Shown in pieces: positions 12,715 to 29,846 of a DNA stretch of 64,000 nt. A program made the position numbers and the translations under genes. The stretch lies in the NCBI RefSeq assembly GCF_030013205.1, contig NZ_CP122648.1. The stretch is one strand, 5' to 3'. Each line of letters starts with the position of its first letter. Within the stretch, counting starts at the first letter, position 1. The notes under the pieces were generated by a model, which saw only the letters and a list, made by a program, of their open reading frames with translations, searched no databases and had not been told where the DNA came from. This DNA is from Escherichia coli (GTDB lineage Bacteria; Pseudomonadota; Gammaproteobacteria; Enterobacterales; Enterobacteriaceae).

Positions 12715-13281
12715 ATGGCGAACTGGCAATCTATCGACGAGTTGCAGGATATTGCATCGGATTTACCGCGATTTACCCACGCATTAGATGAACTTTCCCG
12801 CCGTCTGGGGTTGGATATCACTCCGCTGACTGCCGATCACATTTCCTTGCGTTGCCATCAAAACGTCACCGCTGAACGCTGGCGTCGCGGGTTTGAACAG
12901 TGCGGCGAGCTTTTGTCAGAAAATATGATCAATGGCAGACCGATTTGTCTGTTTAAATTGCATGAACCGGTACAGGTTGCGCACTGGCAGTTTTCCATTG
13001 TGGAGCTACCGTGGCCCGGGGAAAAACGTTACCCGCACGAAGGTTGGGAACATATTGAAATCGTTCTGCCGGGCGATCCAGAAACGCTGAATGCCCGTGC
13101 GCTGGCATTGCTTTCTGATGAAGGACTCAGCCTGCCGGGGATCTCAGTTAAAACCAGTTCGCCAAAAGGTGAGCATGAGCGATTACCGAACCCGACGCTG
13201 GCGGTCACCGATGGCAAAACGACCATTAAATTTCATCCGTGGTCCATTGAAGAGATCGTTGCCAGCGAGCAGTCAGCGTAA
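12715..13281 (+). CDS. yecM: Uncharacterized protein YecM (VOC/glyoxalase-like fold)
   Basis: 188 aa from ATG 12715 (MANWQSIDELQ); six-frame ORF starts at GTG 12709. Confidence 0.9.
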   Translation: MANWQSIDELQDIASDLPRFTHALDELSRRLGLDITPLTADHISLRCHQNVTAERWRRGFEQCGELLSENMINGRPICLFKLHEPVQVAHWQFSIVELPWPGEKRYPHEGWEHIEIVLPGDPETLNARALALLSDEGLSLPGISVKTSSPKGEHERLPNPTLAVTDGKTTIKFHPWSIEEIVASEQSA

Positions 13282-13285
13282 TTAA

Positions 13286-14041
<756 letters not shown>

Positions 14042-14087
14042 TTTTTACCGTTGCATCATGTCGCCCAATATGATGCTTGCTCGTACC

Positions 14088-14120
14088 AGGCCCCTGCAAT
14101 TTCAACAGGGGCCTTTTTTT
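14088..14120 (+). terminator. Rho-independent terminator downstream of cutC
   Basis: aggcccctg-caatttcaa-caggggcc followed by a T7 run. Confidence 0.8.
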
Positions 14121-14426
14121 ATCCCTGAATAGTATAAAAAATGAACGATTACCGCGATCTGTTGAGCGGGTGACAGTGCACATAGCGTTGTGCTAAAAAT
14201 TTTTATATATTCATATTAATTATGTAATTTAAATTACTAAAACTGACAAATATGTATTCTAAATAACAACTGGGTTATTCCTTAGCAATTAATGATTACA
14301 TTGTAATAAATCATATTCTTTATCGATTATTTCAGGCAGTGTTGTGCCGAATTATGCAAGCGGTCAATTCGTTGTATATTTAATTATACAATGATTTCGG
14401 TGTTCTGGAATTAATTAGAGGAATCT

Positions 14427-15527
14427 ATGCGAGGGAAAAAACGCATTGGGTTAATGTTTTTGCTGATAGCGGTTGTGGTTGGTGGCGGCGGGTTATTGCT
14501 GGCGCAAAAAGCCTTACATAAAACGTCGGATACAGCATTTTGCCTTTCCTGCCACTCGATGAGTAAACCTTTTGAGGAATATCAGGGAACTGTCCACTTT
14601 TCGAACCAGAAAGGGATACGTGCGGAATGTGCCGATTGCCATATTCCAAAGTCAGGGATGGATTATTTATTTGCTAAATTAAAAGCATCTAAAGATATTT
14701 ATCATGAATTTGTTAGCGGCAAAATAGACAGTGACGATAAGTTCGAAGCGCATCGTCAGGAAATGGCCGAAACAGTATGGAAAGAATTAAAAGCCACTGA
14801 CTCTGCAACGTGCCGTAGTTGCCATTCTTTTGATGCCATGGATATTGCCTCGCAAAGTGAATCTGCGCAGAAAATGCATAACAAAGCACAAAAGGGCGGC
14901 GAAACCTGTATCGATTGTCATAAAGGCATTGCTCATTTTCCGCCAGAAATAAAAATGGATGACAACGCGGCGCATGAGCTGGAAAGTCAGGCCGCTACTT
15001 CAGTGACTAATGGCGTACATATTTATCCTTTCAAAACTTCTCGCATAGGCGAGCTGGCTACCGTGAATCCTGGTACCGATCTCATCGTCGTTGATGCCAG
15101 TGGCAAACAGCCGATCGTTCTGTTGCAGGGTTATCAAATGCAGGGCAGTGAAAACACGCTCTACCTGGCGGCAGGTCAACGGCTGGCACTAGCCACATTA
15201 AGTGAAGAAGGTATCAAGGCGCTCACGGTAAACGGGGAATGGCAGGCTGACGAATACGGCAATCAATGGCGTCAGGCGTCTTTACAGGGTGCGCTTACCG
15301 ATCCCGCATTAGCGGACCGTAAACCGCTATGGCAATACGCTGAAAAACTTGACGATACCTATTGCGCTGGTTGCCATGCCCCTATTGCCTCCGACCATTA
15401 CACCGTCAATGCATGGCCGTCCATTGCCAAAGGAATGGGGGCGCGAACCAGCATGAGCGAAAACGAACTGGACATTTTGACGCGGTACTTCCAGTACAAC
15501 GCCAAAGATATTACCGAGAAACAGTGA
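14427..15527 (+). CDS. torY: Pentahaem c-type cytochrome TorY (NapC/NirT family)
   Basis: 366 aa; several CxxCH haem motifs; N-terminal membrane anchor. Confidence 0.93.
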   Translation: MRGKKRIGLMFLLIAVVVGGGGLLLAQKALHKTSDTAFCLSCHSMSKPFEEYQGTVHFSNQKGIRAECADCHIPKSGMDYLFAKLKASKDIYHEFVSGKIDSDDKFEAHRQEMAETVWKELKATDSATCRSCHSFDAMDIASQSESAQKMHNKAQKGGETCIDCHKGIAHFPPEIKMDDNAAHELESQAATSVTNGVHIYPFKTSRIGELATVNPGTDLIVVDASGKQPIVLLQGYQMQGSENTLYLAAGQRLALATLSEEGIKALTVNGEWQADEYGNQWRQASLQGALTDPALADRKPLWQYAEKLDDTYCAGCHAPIASDHYTVNAWPSIAKGMGARTSMSENELDILTRYFQYNAKDITEKQ

Positions 15528-15551
15528 TCCTCGTTGATCAGGGAGGAAGTT

Positions 15552-17981
15552 ATGACATTAACAAGACGTGAATTTATTAAACACAGCGGTATTGCCGCTG
15601 GGGCGCTGGTGGTGACATCGGCTGCACCGCTACCCGCATGGGCAGAAGAGAAGGGTGGCAAAATCCTCACCGCGGGCCGTTGGGGAGCGATGAACGTAGA
15701 AGTGAAGGACGGCAAGATTGTTTCTTCAACAGGCGCGCTGGCGAAAACTATACCGAACTCCTTACAGTCTACGGAGGTGGATCAGGTACACACCACGGCG
15801 CGTATTCAGCATCCGATGGTGAGAAAAAGCTATCTCGATAATCCACTGCAACCGGCGAAAGGTCGTGGCGAAGATACCTATGTACAGGTGAGCTGGGAAC
15901 AAGCATTAAAACTGATTCATGAGCAACACGATCGTATTCGTAAAGCTAACGGACCATCGGCCATTTTTGCCGGATCTTACGGCTGGCGATCTTCTGGCGT
16001 GTTGCATAAAGCGCAAACCTTACTGCAACGTTATATGAACCTTGCGGGCGGTTATTCCGGGCATAGCGGCGATTATTCAACCGGTGCGGCACAGGTGATC
16101 ATGCCGCATGTGGTGGGTTCCGTGGAGGTGTATGAACAGCAGACCTCCTGGCCGCTGATTCTGGAAAACAGCCAGGTTGTGGTGCTGTGGGGGATGAACC
16201 CGCTGAATACCTTGAAAATTGCCTGGAGCAGTACCGATGAGCAAGGGCTGGAATACTTCCATCAGCTGAAAAAATCTGGCAAACCCGTGATTGCCATTGA
16301 TCCTATCCGCTCCGAAACCATCGAGTTCTTTGGCGATAACGCGACCTGGATCGCGCCGAATATGGGGACCGACGTGGCGCTGATGTTAGGGATTGCGCAC
16401 ACCTTGATGGTACAAGGTAAGCACGATAAGGCCTTCCTGGAAAAATACACCACCGGCTACCCGCAGTTTGAAGAGTATCTGGCAGGCAAGAGCGATAATA
16501 CGCCGAAGAGCGCGGCCTGGGCGGCGGAAATTTCTGGCGTACCGGAAGCGCAGATAGTCAAACTCGCTGAACTGATGGCGGCGAATCGCACAATGCTGAT
16601 GGCAGGCTGGGGAATTCAGCGCCAGCAATATGGTGAACAGAAACACTGGATGCTGGTGACGCTGGCGGCAATGTTAGGGCAGATTGGTACACCGGGCGGC
16701 GGTTTTGGTTTCTCTTATCATTACTCCAACGGTGGCAACCCGACGCGTGTTGGCGGCGTGCTGCCGGAAATGTCTGCGGCGATTGCCGGACAGGCCAGCG
16801 AGGCCGCTGATGATGGCGGAATGACGGCGATTCCTGTTGCCCGTATCGTCGATGCGCTGGAAAATCCTGGTGGTAAATATCAGCATAACGGTAAAGAACA
16901 AACGTATCCGAATATCAAAATGATCTGGTGGGCGGGTGGCGGTAACTTTACCCATCACCAGGATACTAATCGTCTGATTAAAGCATGGCAGAAACCGGAG
17001 ATGATCGTCGTTTCTGAATGCTACTGGACCGCAGCTGCTAAACATGCAGATATCGTATTACCGATCACCACATCGTTTGAGCGCAATGACTTAACGATGA
17101 CCGGTGATTACAGCAACCAGCATATTGTGCCGATGAAGCAGGCTGTCGCTGCGCAATTTGAAGCGCGTAACGATTTTGACGTGTTTGCCGATCTTGCTGA
17201 ATTACTCAAACCTGGCGGAAAAGAGATCTATACCGAAGGTAAAGATGAGATGGCGTGGCTGAAATTTTTCTATGATGCCGCTCAGAAAGGTGCCCGTGCG
17301 CAACGCGTGACTATGCCGATGTTTAATGCCTTCTGGCAGCAAAATAAACTGATCGAAATGCGCCGCAGCGAGAAGAACGAACAGTACGTTCGTTATGGTG
17401 ATTTCCGCGCCGATCCGGTGAAAAATGCGCTGGGTACGCCAAGCGGCAAAATTGAGATTTACTCCAAAACGCTGGAAAAATTTGGCTATAAGGATTGCCC
17501 GGCACACCCAACCTGGCTTGCGCCTGATGAGTGGAAGGGTACCGCCGACGAGAAGCAGTTGCAGCTTCTGACCGCACATCCGGCACATCGTTTACACAGT
17601 CAGCTTAACTATGCGGAACTGCGCAAAAAATATGCGGTTGCCGATCGTGAACCGATCACTATTCACACCGAAGATGCTGCTCGCTTTGGTATTGCGAATG
17701 GCGATCTGGTGCGTGTCTGGAACAAACGTGGTCAGATTCTGACAGGCGCGGTGGTGACTGACGGGATCAAAAAAGGCGTGGTATGCGTGCATGAAGGTGC
17801 ATGGCCAGATCTGGAAAATGGCTTGTGTAAAAACGGCAGTGCGAACGTGTTAACGGCGGATATCCCCAGCTCTCAGCTGGCAAATGCCTGTGCCGGTAAC
17901 TCTGCGCTGGTGTATATCGAAAAATATACGGGTAACGCACCGAAGTTAACGGCGTTTGATCAGCCAGCTGTTCAGGCATAA
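15552..17981 (+). CDS. torZ: TMAO/biotin sulfoxide reductase TorZ (molybdoenzyme, Tat-exported)
   Basis: 809 aa from ATG 15552; twin-arginine signal [10 protein letters not shown]; six-frame ORF starts 6 codons earlier. Confidence 0.93.
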   Translation: MTLTRREFIKHSGIAAGALVVTSAAPLPAWAEEKGGKILTAGRWGAMNVEVKDGKIVSSTGALAKTIPNSLQSTEVDQVHTTARIQHPMVRKSYLDNPLQPAKGRGEDTYVQVSWEQALKLIHEQHDRIRKANGPSAIFAGSYGWRSSGVLHKAQTLLQRYMNLAGGYSGHSGDYSTGAAQVIMPHVVGSVEVYEQQTSWPLILENSQVVVLWGMNPLNTLKIAWSSTDEQGLEYFHQLKKSGKPVIAIDPIRSETIEFFGDNATWIAPNMGTDVALMLGIAHTLMVQGKHDKAFLEKYTTGYPQFEEYLAGKSDNTPKSAAWAAEISGVPEAQIVKLAELMAANRTMLMAGWGIQRQQYGEQKHWMLVTLAAMLGQIGTPGGGFGFSYHYSNGGNPTRVGGVLPEMSAAIAGQASEAADDGGMTAIPVARIVDALENPGGKYQHNGKEQTYPNIKMIWWAGGGNFTHHQDTNRLIKAWQKPEMIVVSECYWTAAAKHADIVLPITTSFERNDLTMTGDYSNQHIVPMKQAVAAQFEARNDFDVFADLAELLKPGGKEIYTEGKDEMAWLKFFYDAAQKGARAQRVTMPMFNAFWQQNKLIEMRRSEKNEQYVRYGDFRADPVKNALGTPSGKIEIYSKTLEKFGYKDCPAHPTWLAPDEWKGTADEKQLQLLTAHPAHRLHSQLNYAELRKKYAVADREPITIHTEDAARFGIANGDLVRVWNKRGQILTGAVVTDGIKKGVVCVHEGAWPDLENGLCKNGSANVLTADIPSSQLANACAGNSALVYIEKYTGNAPKLTAFDQPAVQA

Positions 17982-17989
17982 GACGTGAA

Positions 17990-18009
17990 AAGCGCCCGGA
18001 AACGGGCGC
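17990..18009. terminator. Hairpin between convergent torZ and cmoB (probable bidirectional terminator)
   Basis: agcgcccg-gaaa-cgggcgct perfect 8-bp stem. Confidence 0.6.
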
Positions 18010-18015
18010 TAATCT

Positions 18016-20163
<2,148 letters not shown>

Positions 20164-20215
20164 ACAAACTCCCTTTAAAATGGCCGATGGCACCTGTCTA
20201 TGATAGGTGGCAAAT

Positions 20216-21034
20216 TCAGAAAAGAGAAGATTGCTGTGGAATAGCCGGAACTGCTCCGATCTCTGGAAGCGTTTTACGTAAGTCTTCCCACAGGATATGT
20301 ACCAGTTCCGGGGCCTGGGCAATATCTGGCGTATGTAAAAAAAGATAAGGCGTAGTGGTCTGATGCCACTGCGCTAATTTTTGTAACCAGACCTGAAATA
20401 ATTCCCGGTTTTGCGTCATATCATCACTACCGATAAAACGGATCAGCGGATTTGTCGCCGTCAGTACAGCATGTACCGGAACTTTAGGTTTTTTTCGTTG
20501 AGCGTCGCGAATAGCTTCACTGTGTGGACGTGCTGCATGAACCGGGCGGCTGTCTAAAATCACCCGATTAACGCCGCGCTGATGTAAACCGCGATTAAGC
20601 GTTTGTTCCTCTTCCCCTTTGGCGAAAAACTGTGGATGGCGGACTTCCACACCATAATTAAATTCGCCGGGAAGAGAATCGAGAAAATGCCAAAGCGCAG
20701 GCAGATCCCGTGGGCCAAATGTGGCAGGCAGTTGCAGCCAGTATTGCCCAATGCGCGGCGCTAACGGTGACATGCGGGTCAAAAATTCAGTCACTAAATC
20801 ATCGCAATGCCGTAATGCTGCCTGATGCGAAATGGTCGCCGGAAACTTAAAACAGAAGCGAAAATTATCTGTGGGTTGCTCACGCCAGCGCAGGACAACC
20901 TCGGATTTCGGCAGGGCGTAAAGCGTGGTATTGCCCTCCACACAGTTAAAGTGGCGGGCATACTCTTCAAGGCTGGTGATCCCCAACCGCACCCATTTAG
21001 GATGCGACCATTGCGGCAGACCGATGTAAATCAT
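20216..21034 (-). CDS. yecE: Uncharacterized protein YecE (DUF72)
   Basis: 272 aa; [29 protein letters not shown]... Confidence 0.9.
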
Positions 21035-21597
21035 AATGCGTTGAGGATCTCTTCCACACTGCGCACACGGGCGATGCGTGGGTAGATATGGTTGATGCTG
21101 TTATTGTGCTGCTCGGCGCTGGCGGCGCTGCAGGCGTCTTCGGCAATCACCAGATTAAAACCGAGTTCCCAGGCATTGCGGGCGGTGGATTCAACACCGA
21201 TATTGGTCGAGATCCCACATAATACTATTGTATCGATACCCCGGCGGCGTAATTGCAACTCCAGATCCGTACCGTAAAACGCACCCCATTGACGTTTGAT
21301 GATTTCGATATCGCTGTCGGTTGCACCTAATGCAGCAGGATGTTGCCACCAGTTTTCGGGTAACACTTTAGCGGGGGAAGGGGCATCAACCGGCTGTTTT
21401 AATGCTTCGGCGTAATCGGCAGACCAGCCAACGCGCACCAGAAACACGGGCTGACCGCTGGCGCGAAATTTTGCCGCCAGCTTCCCGGCGCGATTAACCA
21501 CCTCATCGGCAGTATGTGGACCACCGGCAAAAGGTAAGATGCCTTCTTGTAAATCGATCACCACCAGCGCAGTGGTTTTAGCATTAAGTTCAAGCAT
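21031..21597 (-). CDS. yecD: Isochorismatase-family hydrolase YecD
   Basis: 188 aa from ATG at 21597 ([17 protein letters not shown]); overlaps yecE by 4 nt. Confidence 0.88.
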
Positions 21598-21906
21598 GCT
21601 GACTCCTGACAAAACAAAATCGTGCCTCACACCTTAATGCGATTAGCCGATGGCGGAACGACAAATTTTGTTAATTTTTATGAGTTCGGGCAACACCTTT
21701 ATAGCAAACTGGCGTAGAGTCTGATTTCAGGCCCGATATAAAGTGGTAACGAGGCGTTCCAGCGCGGGCCAGGCTCTTACGGTGCGGCAGAATTTCCAGT
21801 ATAATAGCCGCCTTTTTTCATTCAGTTGTGACATACAGCTAACGCTGCGACTTGGTCACCTGCGCAGCAGGGGGCATCCGCCGGCAGCTAAGTTAAGGGA
21901 TATCTC

Positions 21907-23679
21907 ATGCGTACAGAATATTGTGGACAGCTCCGTTTGTCCCACGTGGGGCAGCAGGTGACTCTGTGTGGTTGGGTCAACCGTCGTCGTGATCTTGGTA
22001 GCCTGATCTTCATCGATATGCGCGACCGCGAAGGTATCGTGCAGGTATTTTTCGATCCGGATCGTGCGGACGCGTTAAAGCTGGCCTCTGAACTGCGTAA
22101 TGAGTTCTGCATTCAGGTCACGGGCACCGTACGTGCGCGTGACGAAAAAAATATTAACCGCGATATGGCGACCGGCGAAATCGAAGTGCTGGCGTCCTCG
22201 CTGACTATCATCAACCGCGCAGATGTTCTGCCGCTTGACTCTAACCACGTCAACACCGAAGAAGCGCGTCTGAAATACCGCTACCTCGACCTGCGTCGCC
22301 CGGAAATGGCTCAGCGCCTGAAAACCCGCGCTAAAATCACCAGCCTGGTGCGCCGTTTTATGGATGACCACGGTTTCCTCGACATCGAAACTCCGATGCT
22401 GACCAAAGCCACGCCGGAAGGCGCGCGTGACTACCTGGTACCTTCTCGTGTGCACAAAGGTAAATTCTACGCACTGCCGCAATCCCCGCAGTTGTTCAAA
22501 CAGCTGCTGATGATGTCCGGCTTTGACCGTTACTATCAGATCGTTAAATGCTTCCGTGACGAAGACCTGCGCGCTGATCGTCAGCCTGAATTTACTCAGA
22601 TCGATGTGGAAACTTCTTTCATGACCGCCCCGCAAGTGCGTGAAGTGATGGAAGCGCTGGTGCGTCATCTGTGGCTGGAAGTGAAGGGCGTGGATCTGGG
22701 TGATTTCCCGGTAATGACCTTTGCGGAAGCAGAACGCCGTTATGGTTCTGATAAACCGGATCTGCGTAACCCGATGGAACTGACCGACGTTGCCGATCTG
22801 CTGAAATCCGTTGAATTCGCGGTATTTGCGGGGCCGGCGAACGATCCGAAAGGCCGTGTTGCCGCTCTGCGCGTTCCGGGCGGTGCGTCGCTGACCCGTA
22901 AGCAGATCGACGAATACGGTAACTTCGTTAAAATCTACGGCGCGAAAGGTCTGGCTTACATCAAAGTTAACGAACGCGCGAAAGGTCTGGAAGGTATCAA
23001 CAGCCCGGTAGCGAAGTTCCTTAATGCAGAAATCATCGAAGCCATCCTGGATCGTACTGCCGCGCAAGATGGCGATATGATTTTCTTCGGTGCCGACAAC
23101 AAGAAAATTGTTGCCGACGCGATGGGTGCACTGCGCCTGAAAGTGGGTAAAGACCTTGGTCTGACCGACGAAAGCAAATGGGCACCGCTGTGGGTTATCG
23201 ACTTCCCGATGTTTGAAGACGACGGTGAAGGCGGCCTGACGGCAATGCACCATCCGTTCACCTCACCGAAAGACATGACGGCAGCAGAACTGAAAGCTGC
23301 ACCGGAAAATGCGGTGGCGAACGCTTACGATATGGTAATCAATGGTTACGAAGTGGGCGGTGGTTCTGTGCGTATCCATAATGGTGATATGCAGCAGACG
23401 GTGTTTGGTATTCTGGGTATCAACGAAGAGGAACAGCGCGAGAAATTCGGCTTCCTGCTCGACGCCCTGAAATACGGTACTCCGCCGCACGCAGGTCTGG
23501 CATTCGGTCTTGACCGTCTGACGATGCTGCTGACCGGCACCGACAATATCCGTGACGTTATCGCCTTCCCGAAAACCACGGCGGCGGCGTGTCTGATGAC
23601 TGAAGCACCGAGCTTTGCTAACCCGACTGCACTGGCTGAGCTGAGCATTCAGGTTGTGAAGAAGGCAGAGAATAACTGA
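21907..23679 (+). CDS. aspS: Aspartate--tRNA ligase
   Basis: 590 aa; class II aaRS; [31 protein letters not shown]... Confidence 0.97.
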
Positions 23680-23796
23680 TATGACTCAAATACACGAAAT
23701 CATTCGCGTTGCATCGAGGCGGCAACTGAGTGAACTCCCATGAGCATAGATAACTATGTGAATGGGATGAGCGAAGGCAGTCAACGAAGAGGCAGC

Positions 23797-24249
23797 GTGA
23801 AGGATAAAGTGTATAAGCGTCCCGTTTCGATCTTAGTGGTCATCTATGCACAAGATACGAAACGGGTGCTGATGTTGCAGCGGCGTGACGATCCCGATTT
23901 CTGGCAGTCGGTAACCGGCAGCGTGGAAGAGGGGGAAACCGCGCCGCAAGCTGCCATGCGCGAAGTAAAGGAAGAGGTCACCATTGATGTTGTCGCTGAA
24001 CAACTGACCTTAATTGACTGTCAGCGCACGGTAGAGTTTGAAATTTTTTCACATTTACGTCATCGCTATGCGCCGGGCGTGACGCGTAATACGGAATCAT
24101 GGTTCTGTCTTGCGCTTCCGCACGAGCGCCAGATCGTTTTCACTGAACATCTGGCTTACAAGTGGCTTGATGCGTCTGCTGCGGCGGCGCTCACTAAGTC
24201 CTGGAGCAACCGGCAGGCGATTGAACAGTTTGTAATTAACGCTGCCTGA
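23797..24249 (+). CDS. nudB: Dihydroneopterin triphosphate pyrophosphatase NudB (Nudix)
   Basis: 150 aa from GTG 23797 ((M)[10 protein letters not shown]); Nudix box [21 protein letters not shown]. Confidence 0.9.
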
Positions 24250-24277
24250 ACAGGCAGGGCTATCTGGAGATATTTTT

Positions 24278-25018
24278 ATGGCAGGTCATAGTAAATGGGC
24301 CAACACCAGACATCGTAAAGCTGCGCAGGATGCTAAGCGCGGTAAAATCTTCACTAAAATCATTCGTGAGCTGGTAACCGCGGCTAAGCTGGGCGGTGGT
24401 GATCCGGACGCTAACCCGCGTTTGCGTGCAGCAATTGATAAAGCACTGTCTAACAACATGACCCGTGACACTCTGAACCGCGCAATTGCACGAGGTGTGG
24501 GCGGTGATGATGATGCAAACATGGAAACCATCATCTACGAAGGTTACGGTCCTGGCGGCACGGCAATCATGATTGAATGTCTGTCTGACAACCGCAACCG
24601 TACCGTTGCTGAAGTGCGTCATGCATTCAGCAAATGTGGCGGTAACCTCGGTACTGATGGTTCCGTAGCTTATCTGTTCAGCAAAAAAGGCGTGATCTCC
24701 TTCGAGAAAGGCGATGAAGACACCATCATGGAAGCAGCGCTGGAAGCAGGTGCTGAAGACGTTGTGACCTATGATGACGGCGCAATTGATGTCTACACTG
24801 CATGGGAAGAAATGGGTAAAGTGCGCGACGCTCTGGAAGCGGCAGGTCTGAAAGCAGACAGCGCGGAAGTTTCCATGATCCCGTCCACCAAAGCTGATAT
24901 GGATGCAGAAACCGCACCGAAACTGATGCGTCTGATCGATATGCTGGAAGATTGCGACGACGTGCAGGAAGTCTACCATAACGGTGAAATCTCTGATGAG
25001 GTTGCAGCGACTCTCTGA
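24278..25018 (+). CDS. yebC: YebC/PmpR-family transcriptional regulator
   Basis: 246 aa; [27 protein letters not shown]... Confidence 0.95.
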
Positions 25019-25052
25019 TGGGGCCTGCTAAACAGCAAAACGGAGACGCGTG

Positions 25053-25574
25053 ATGGCTATTATTCTCGGCATTGACCCGGGTTCGCGCGTGACCGGCTAT
25101 GGCGTCATCCGCCAGGTAGGCAGGCAACTCTCCTACCTGGGTAGCGGATGCATACGCACCAAAGTGGATGATTTACCGTCTCGTCTGAAGCTCATCTATG
25201 CGGGCGTGACGGAAATCATTACCCAGTTCCAGCCTGATTATTTCGCCATTGAACAAGTCTTTATGGCGAAGAACGCTGACTCAGCCCTGAAACTGGGGCA
25301 GGCACGCGGCGTGGCGATTGTGGCGGCGGTGAATCAGGAATTGCCGGTATTTGAATATGCGGCACGTCAGGTAAAGCAAACGGTGGTAGGTATTGGTAGT
25401 GCTGAAAAAAGCCAGGTGCAGCATATGGTCCGCACCTTGCTGAAACTGCCCGCTAATCCACAAGCGGACGCCGCCGATGCGTTAGCTATCGCGATTACCC
25501 ATTGTCACGTCAGTCAGAATGCGATGCAGATGAGCGAATCGCGGCTGAACCTGGCGAGAGGGCGACTGCGTTAA
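25053..25574 (+). CDS. ruvC: Holliday junction resolvase RuvC
   Basis: 173 aa from ATG 25053 ([17 protein letters not shown]). Confidence 0.95.
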
Positions 25575-25575
25575 G

Positions 25576-26211
25576 TTATACCGCCTCGGTCAGTTCCGGC
25601 TGAGGCGTTTCTACTCCCTCCGCATGAATCAACACCAAACCCGGATGATGCCACAAACTGGCTGGCGTGACGGTTTTACGCTCCCACGGAATAGAACCCA
25701 GGAACCAGAATTTCCAGAAAGTGAGTTTTGCATTCGGATTGCTATTTAACAATTCTCCAAACGTCTCTATTTCACCCACCGGAATACATAGCGCCTCTTT
25801 ATAAATATCAAAAACAAATTTTGAACAGAACTGGCGCGAAGATTCGTATTTAAAACCGGTGTGGTAAAGTTTGCGTAGCCGGGAGGGAACCTGTTCAACA
25901 ATTCGTTGTTTTTGTTGTTCTGTAAGCCCGGCGTCTAATCGCTTTATAGCATAGCGTTGATTAGAAGAACGTTTAATAAAACGAGATAGCGTGGTGATGG
26001 TTGAAAGGGGAACCCGGCTTTCTGCAACCAGGAAGTCTTCACCGTTATGACCGATAATGATCCCGACGTGATTACTCCAGCAATTTGATGCAGCTGATAT
26101 TTGACCAAATAAGGCAGCACCTATACATGTAAAGACGATATCACCAATTTCATATTCAGCAGGATAATTAATATTCACGTTGTCATTCCATTGAAATAGA
26201 TACGAATACAC
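25576..26211 (-). CDS. yebB: Uncharacterized protein YebB
   Basis: Syntenic ORF between ruvC and ruvA; start codon uncertain, longest ORF given (211 aa). Confidence 0.7.
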   Translation of the reverse strand: MYSYLFQWNDNVNINYPAEYEIGDIVFTCIGAALFGQISAASNCWSNHVGIIIGHNGEDFLVAESRVPLSTITTLSRFIKRSSNQRYAIKRLDAGLTEQQKQRIVEQVPSRLRKLYHTGFKYESSRQFCSKFVFDIYKEALCIPVGEIETFGELLNSNPNAKLTFWKFWFLGSIPWERKTVTPASLWHHPGLVLIHAEGVETPQPELTEAV

Positions 26212-26385
26212 GTAATAGCATAAAAAATTTATTTTTTCAGGAGTCGCAATGTATATTTTTATTACGCATTTCTTCGCTGAATATGTAATATTTAAATATT
26301 TGCTTCCAATATAACCTGTAGAATAAATTATACTGCGCCATTTTTCAGATCATCGGGACGCCTCGCAAGTTTTCTTCATCCTTCG

Positions 26386-26401
26386 CTGGATATCTATCCA
26401 G
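26386..26401. promoter_or_regulatory. LexA (SOS) box upstream of ruvAB
   Basis: CTGGATATCTATCCAG, a perfect CTG-N10-CAG palindrome about 50 nt upstream of the ruvA start. Confidence 0.8.
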
Positions 26402-26452
26402 CATTTTTTTATCATACAGCATTATCTTTGATTCATTACGCAGGAGCGTCAT

Positions 26453-27064
26453 GTGATAGGCAGACTCAGAGGCATCATCATTGAAAAACAACCCCCGCTG
26501 GTGTTAATTGAAGTGGGCGGCGTAGGCTATGAAGTGCATATGCCGATGACCTGTTTTTATGAACTCCCTGAAGCGGGTCAGGAAGCGATCGTTTTCACCC
26601 ACTTTGTGGTGCGTGAAGACGCGCAATTGCTGTACGGTTTTAACAATAAACAAGAGCGCACGTTGTTCAAAGAGTTGATCAAAACCAACGGCGTCGGCCC
26701 GAAGTTGGCGCTGGCGATCCTCTCCGGAATGTCAGCGCAGCAGTTCGTTAATGCCGTTGAGCGTGAAGAAGTGGGGGCGCTGGTGAAACTGCCGGGTATT
26801 GGCAAAAAAACCGCCGAACGCTTGATTGTTGAAATGAAAGACCGATTTAAAGGTTTGCATGGCGATCTCTTTACGCCAGCCGCCGACCTGGTACTCACGT
26901 CTCCTGCCAGCCCGGCGACCGACGATGCTGAACAGGAAGCGGTTGCTGCGCTGGTGGCGCTGGGCTATAAACCACAAGAAGCAAGCCGCATGGTGAGCAA
27001 AATCGCTCGCCCTGACGCCAGCAGTGAAACATTAATTCGCGAAGCCCTACGCGCCGCGTTATGA
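26453..27064 (+). CDS. ruvA: Holliday junction branch-migration protein RuvA
   Basis: 203 aa, GTG start; (M)[20 protein letters not shown]... Confidence 0.96.
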   Translation: MIGRLRGIIIEKQPPLVLIEVGGVGYEVHMPMTCFYELPEAGQEAIVFTHFVVREDAQLLYGFNNKQERTLFKELIKTNGVGPKLALAILSGMSAQQFVNAVEREEVGALVKLPGIGKKTAERLIVEMKDRFKGLHGDLFTPAADLVLTSPASPATDDAEQEAVAALVALGYKPQEASRMVSKIARPDASSETLIREALRAAL

Positions 27065-27069
27065 GGTAA

Positions 27070-28083
<1,014 letters not shown>

Positions 28084-28212
28084 GTCGGATCGGTCGCTCG
28101 CGGCGCATCCGACACTGGCAGTGTTGCCTGATGCGCCGCCGTTCGCGTCTTATCAGGCCAGCCAGAGATAGCGAACCGTAGGTCGGATAAGGCGCTCGCG
28201 CCGCATCCGACA
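28084..28212. repeat. BIME: cluster of three REP units between ruvB and znuB
   Basis: gtcggatcggtcgctcgcggcgcatccgac; tgcctgatgcgccgccgttcgcgtcttatcaggcc; gtaggtcggataaggcgctcgcgccgcatccgaca. Confidence 0.75.
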
Positions 28213-28230
28213 AATGTGTTCAGCGACAGA

Positions 28231-29016
28231 TTAGCTGGCCTGCTTTTTCATCATACTGATAATAAATAACAGTGCCGCACATAGCACCACCGACGGACCT
28301 GCAGGTGTATCATAAAATGCGGAAAAGGTTAAACCGCCAGTCACTGCCACCATCCCCACCAAAACAGCGATACCAGCCATCTGTTCCGGCGTGCGGGCAA
28401 AGCGACGCGCAGTAGCTGCAGGAATAATTAGCAACGAAGTAATAATCAACGCGCCGACAAATTTCATCGCTACACCAATCGTCAATGCCGTCACCAGCAT
28501 CAACAACAATTTCACGCGCTGTAATTTCACACCATCAACAAACGCCAGATCCGGGCTAATCGTCATCGACAGCAAATTGCGCCATTGCCAGAACAAAATC
28601 GCCACCACGATGACCACGCCAATTGCAATAGAGATGAGATCTTCTGGTGTCACTGCCAGCAAATCACCGAACAGGTAAGCCATCAAATCAACACGAATAT
28701 TAGACATCAGACTAACGACCACCAGGCCCAGCGACAGGGCACTGTGCGCCATAATCCCTAATAACGTGTCGATCGCCAGCTGTGGACGCTTCTCCAGCCA
28801 TACCAGACCGCCCGCCAGCAGCAGCGTAACGGCAATTACCGCATAGAATGGATTCACGTCCAGCAACAAACCAAACGCGACGCCAAGTAATGAGGCATGA
28901 GCCAGCGTATCACCGAAATAAGACATACGACGCCAGACCACAAACGAACCCAGCGGACCCGCGGCACAGGCGAGCATGATCCCGGCTAACCAACCGGGAA
29001 ATAATAATTCAATCAT
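28231..29016 (-). CDS. znuB: Zinc ABC transporter permease ZnuB
   Basis: 261 aa; polytopic membrane protein. Confidence 0.95.
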
Positions 29017-29768
29017 GAGCGATCATTTCCCCGACGCAAAACAATTCGTCCCTGTAAATCGTGACGATGATTATGATGATGGCGATAGATACCCAGTTGT
29101 TCAGCACCACGAGGACCAAACATAGAAATAAACTCCGGATGCAGGGAAACAACTTCCGGTGTACCGGAACAACAAATGTGGTGATTCAGGCAAAGCACTT
29201 CATCGGTTTTTGCCATTACCAGATGCAGATCGTGAGAGACCATTAAAACGCCACAATCCAGTTCGCGACGCAACTGGTCAATAAGGTCATATAACGCCAC
29301 CTGACCATTCACATCAACGCCTTGAGTGGGTTCATCCAGCACTAATAATTGCGGTCGATTTAACAATGCTCGCGCTAACAATACACGCTGTGTTTCGCCA
29401 CCCGAGAGCTTTTGCATCGGTGCGTTAATCAGATGCCCGGCCTGGACACGTTTCAGTGCAGGCAAAATATCTTCTTTATGTGTGCCAGGGCGTAAGCGTA
29501 AAAAACGGTTTACGGTAAGTGGCAACGTGGTGTCGAGATACAGCTTCTGCGGTACATAGCCGATGCGCAGTTTTCCGTTGCGCTTGATAACCCCTTCATC
29601 GGGTGTTACCAGCCCGAGCACTACCCGTACCAGTGTCGACTTACCTGCGCCATTTGGCCCAAGTAAAGTCAAAATTTTTCCAGGTTTAAGTTCCAGCGAC
29701 ACATCAGAGAGGACGCGGCGTTGGCCAAAAGAAACCGAGACATTTTCCAGGGAAACCAGACTTGTCAT
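29013..29768 (-). CDS. znuC: Zinc ABC transporter ATPase ZnuC
   Basis: 251 aa; Walker [13 protein letters not shown] signature LSGGETQR. Confidence 0.95.
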
Positions 29769-29794
29769 GTTAATTTTAGTCTTGCAGTAGTCAT

Positions 29795-29817
29795 GAAATG
29801 TTATAATATCACACTTC
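29795..29817. promoter_or_regulatory. Zur box in the divergent znuA / znuCB promoter region
   Basis: GAAATGTTATAATATCACACTTC centred between the divergent znuC and znuA starts. Confidence 0.7.
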
Positions 29818-29846
29818 TCATATTCATTACGATGATTGGTCGCATT

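Noticed and set aside
28084-28212. Clustered short palindromic repeats, considered as a possible CRISPR array (also at 6909-6971, 33299-33336 and 42421-42508)
   Set aside because: The units are imperfect REP palindromes in alternating orientation with irregular spacing and no cas genes nearby. These are BIME/REP elements.
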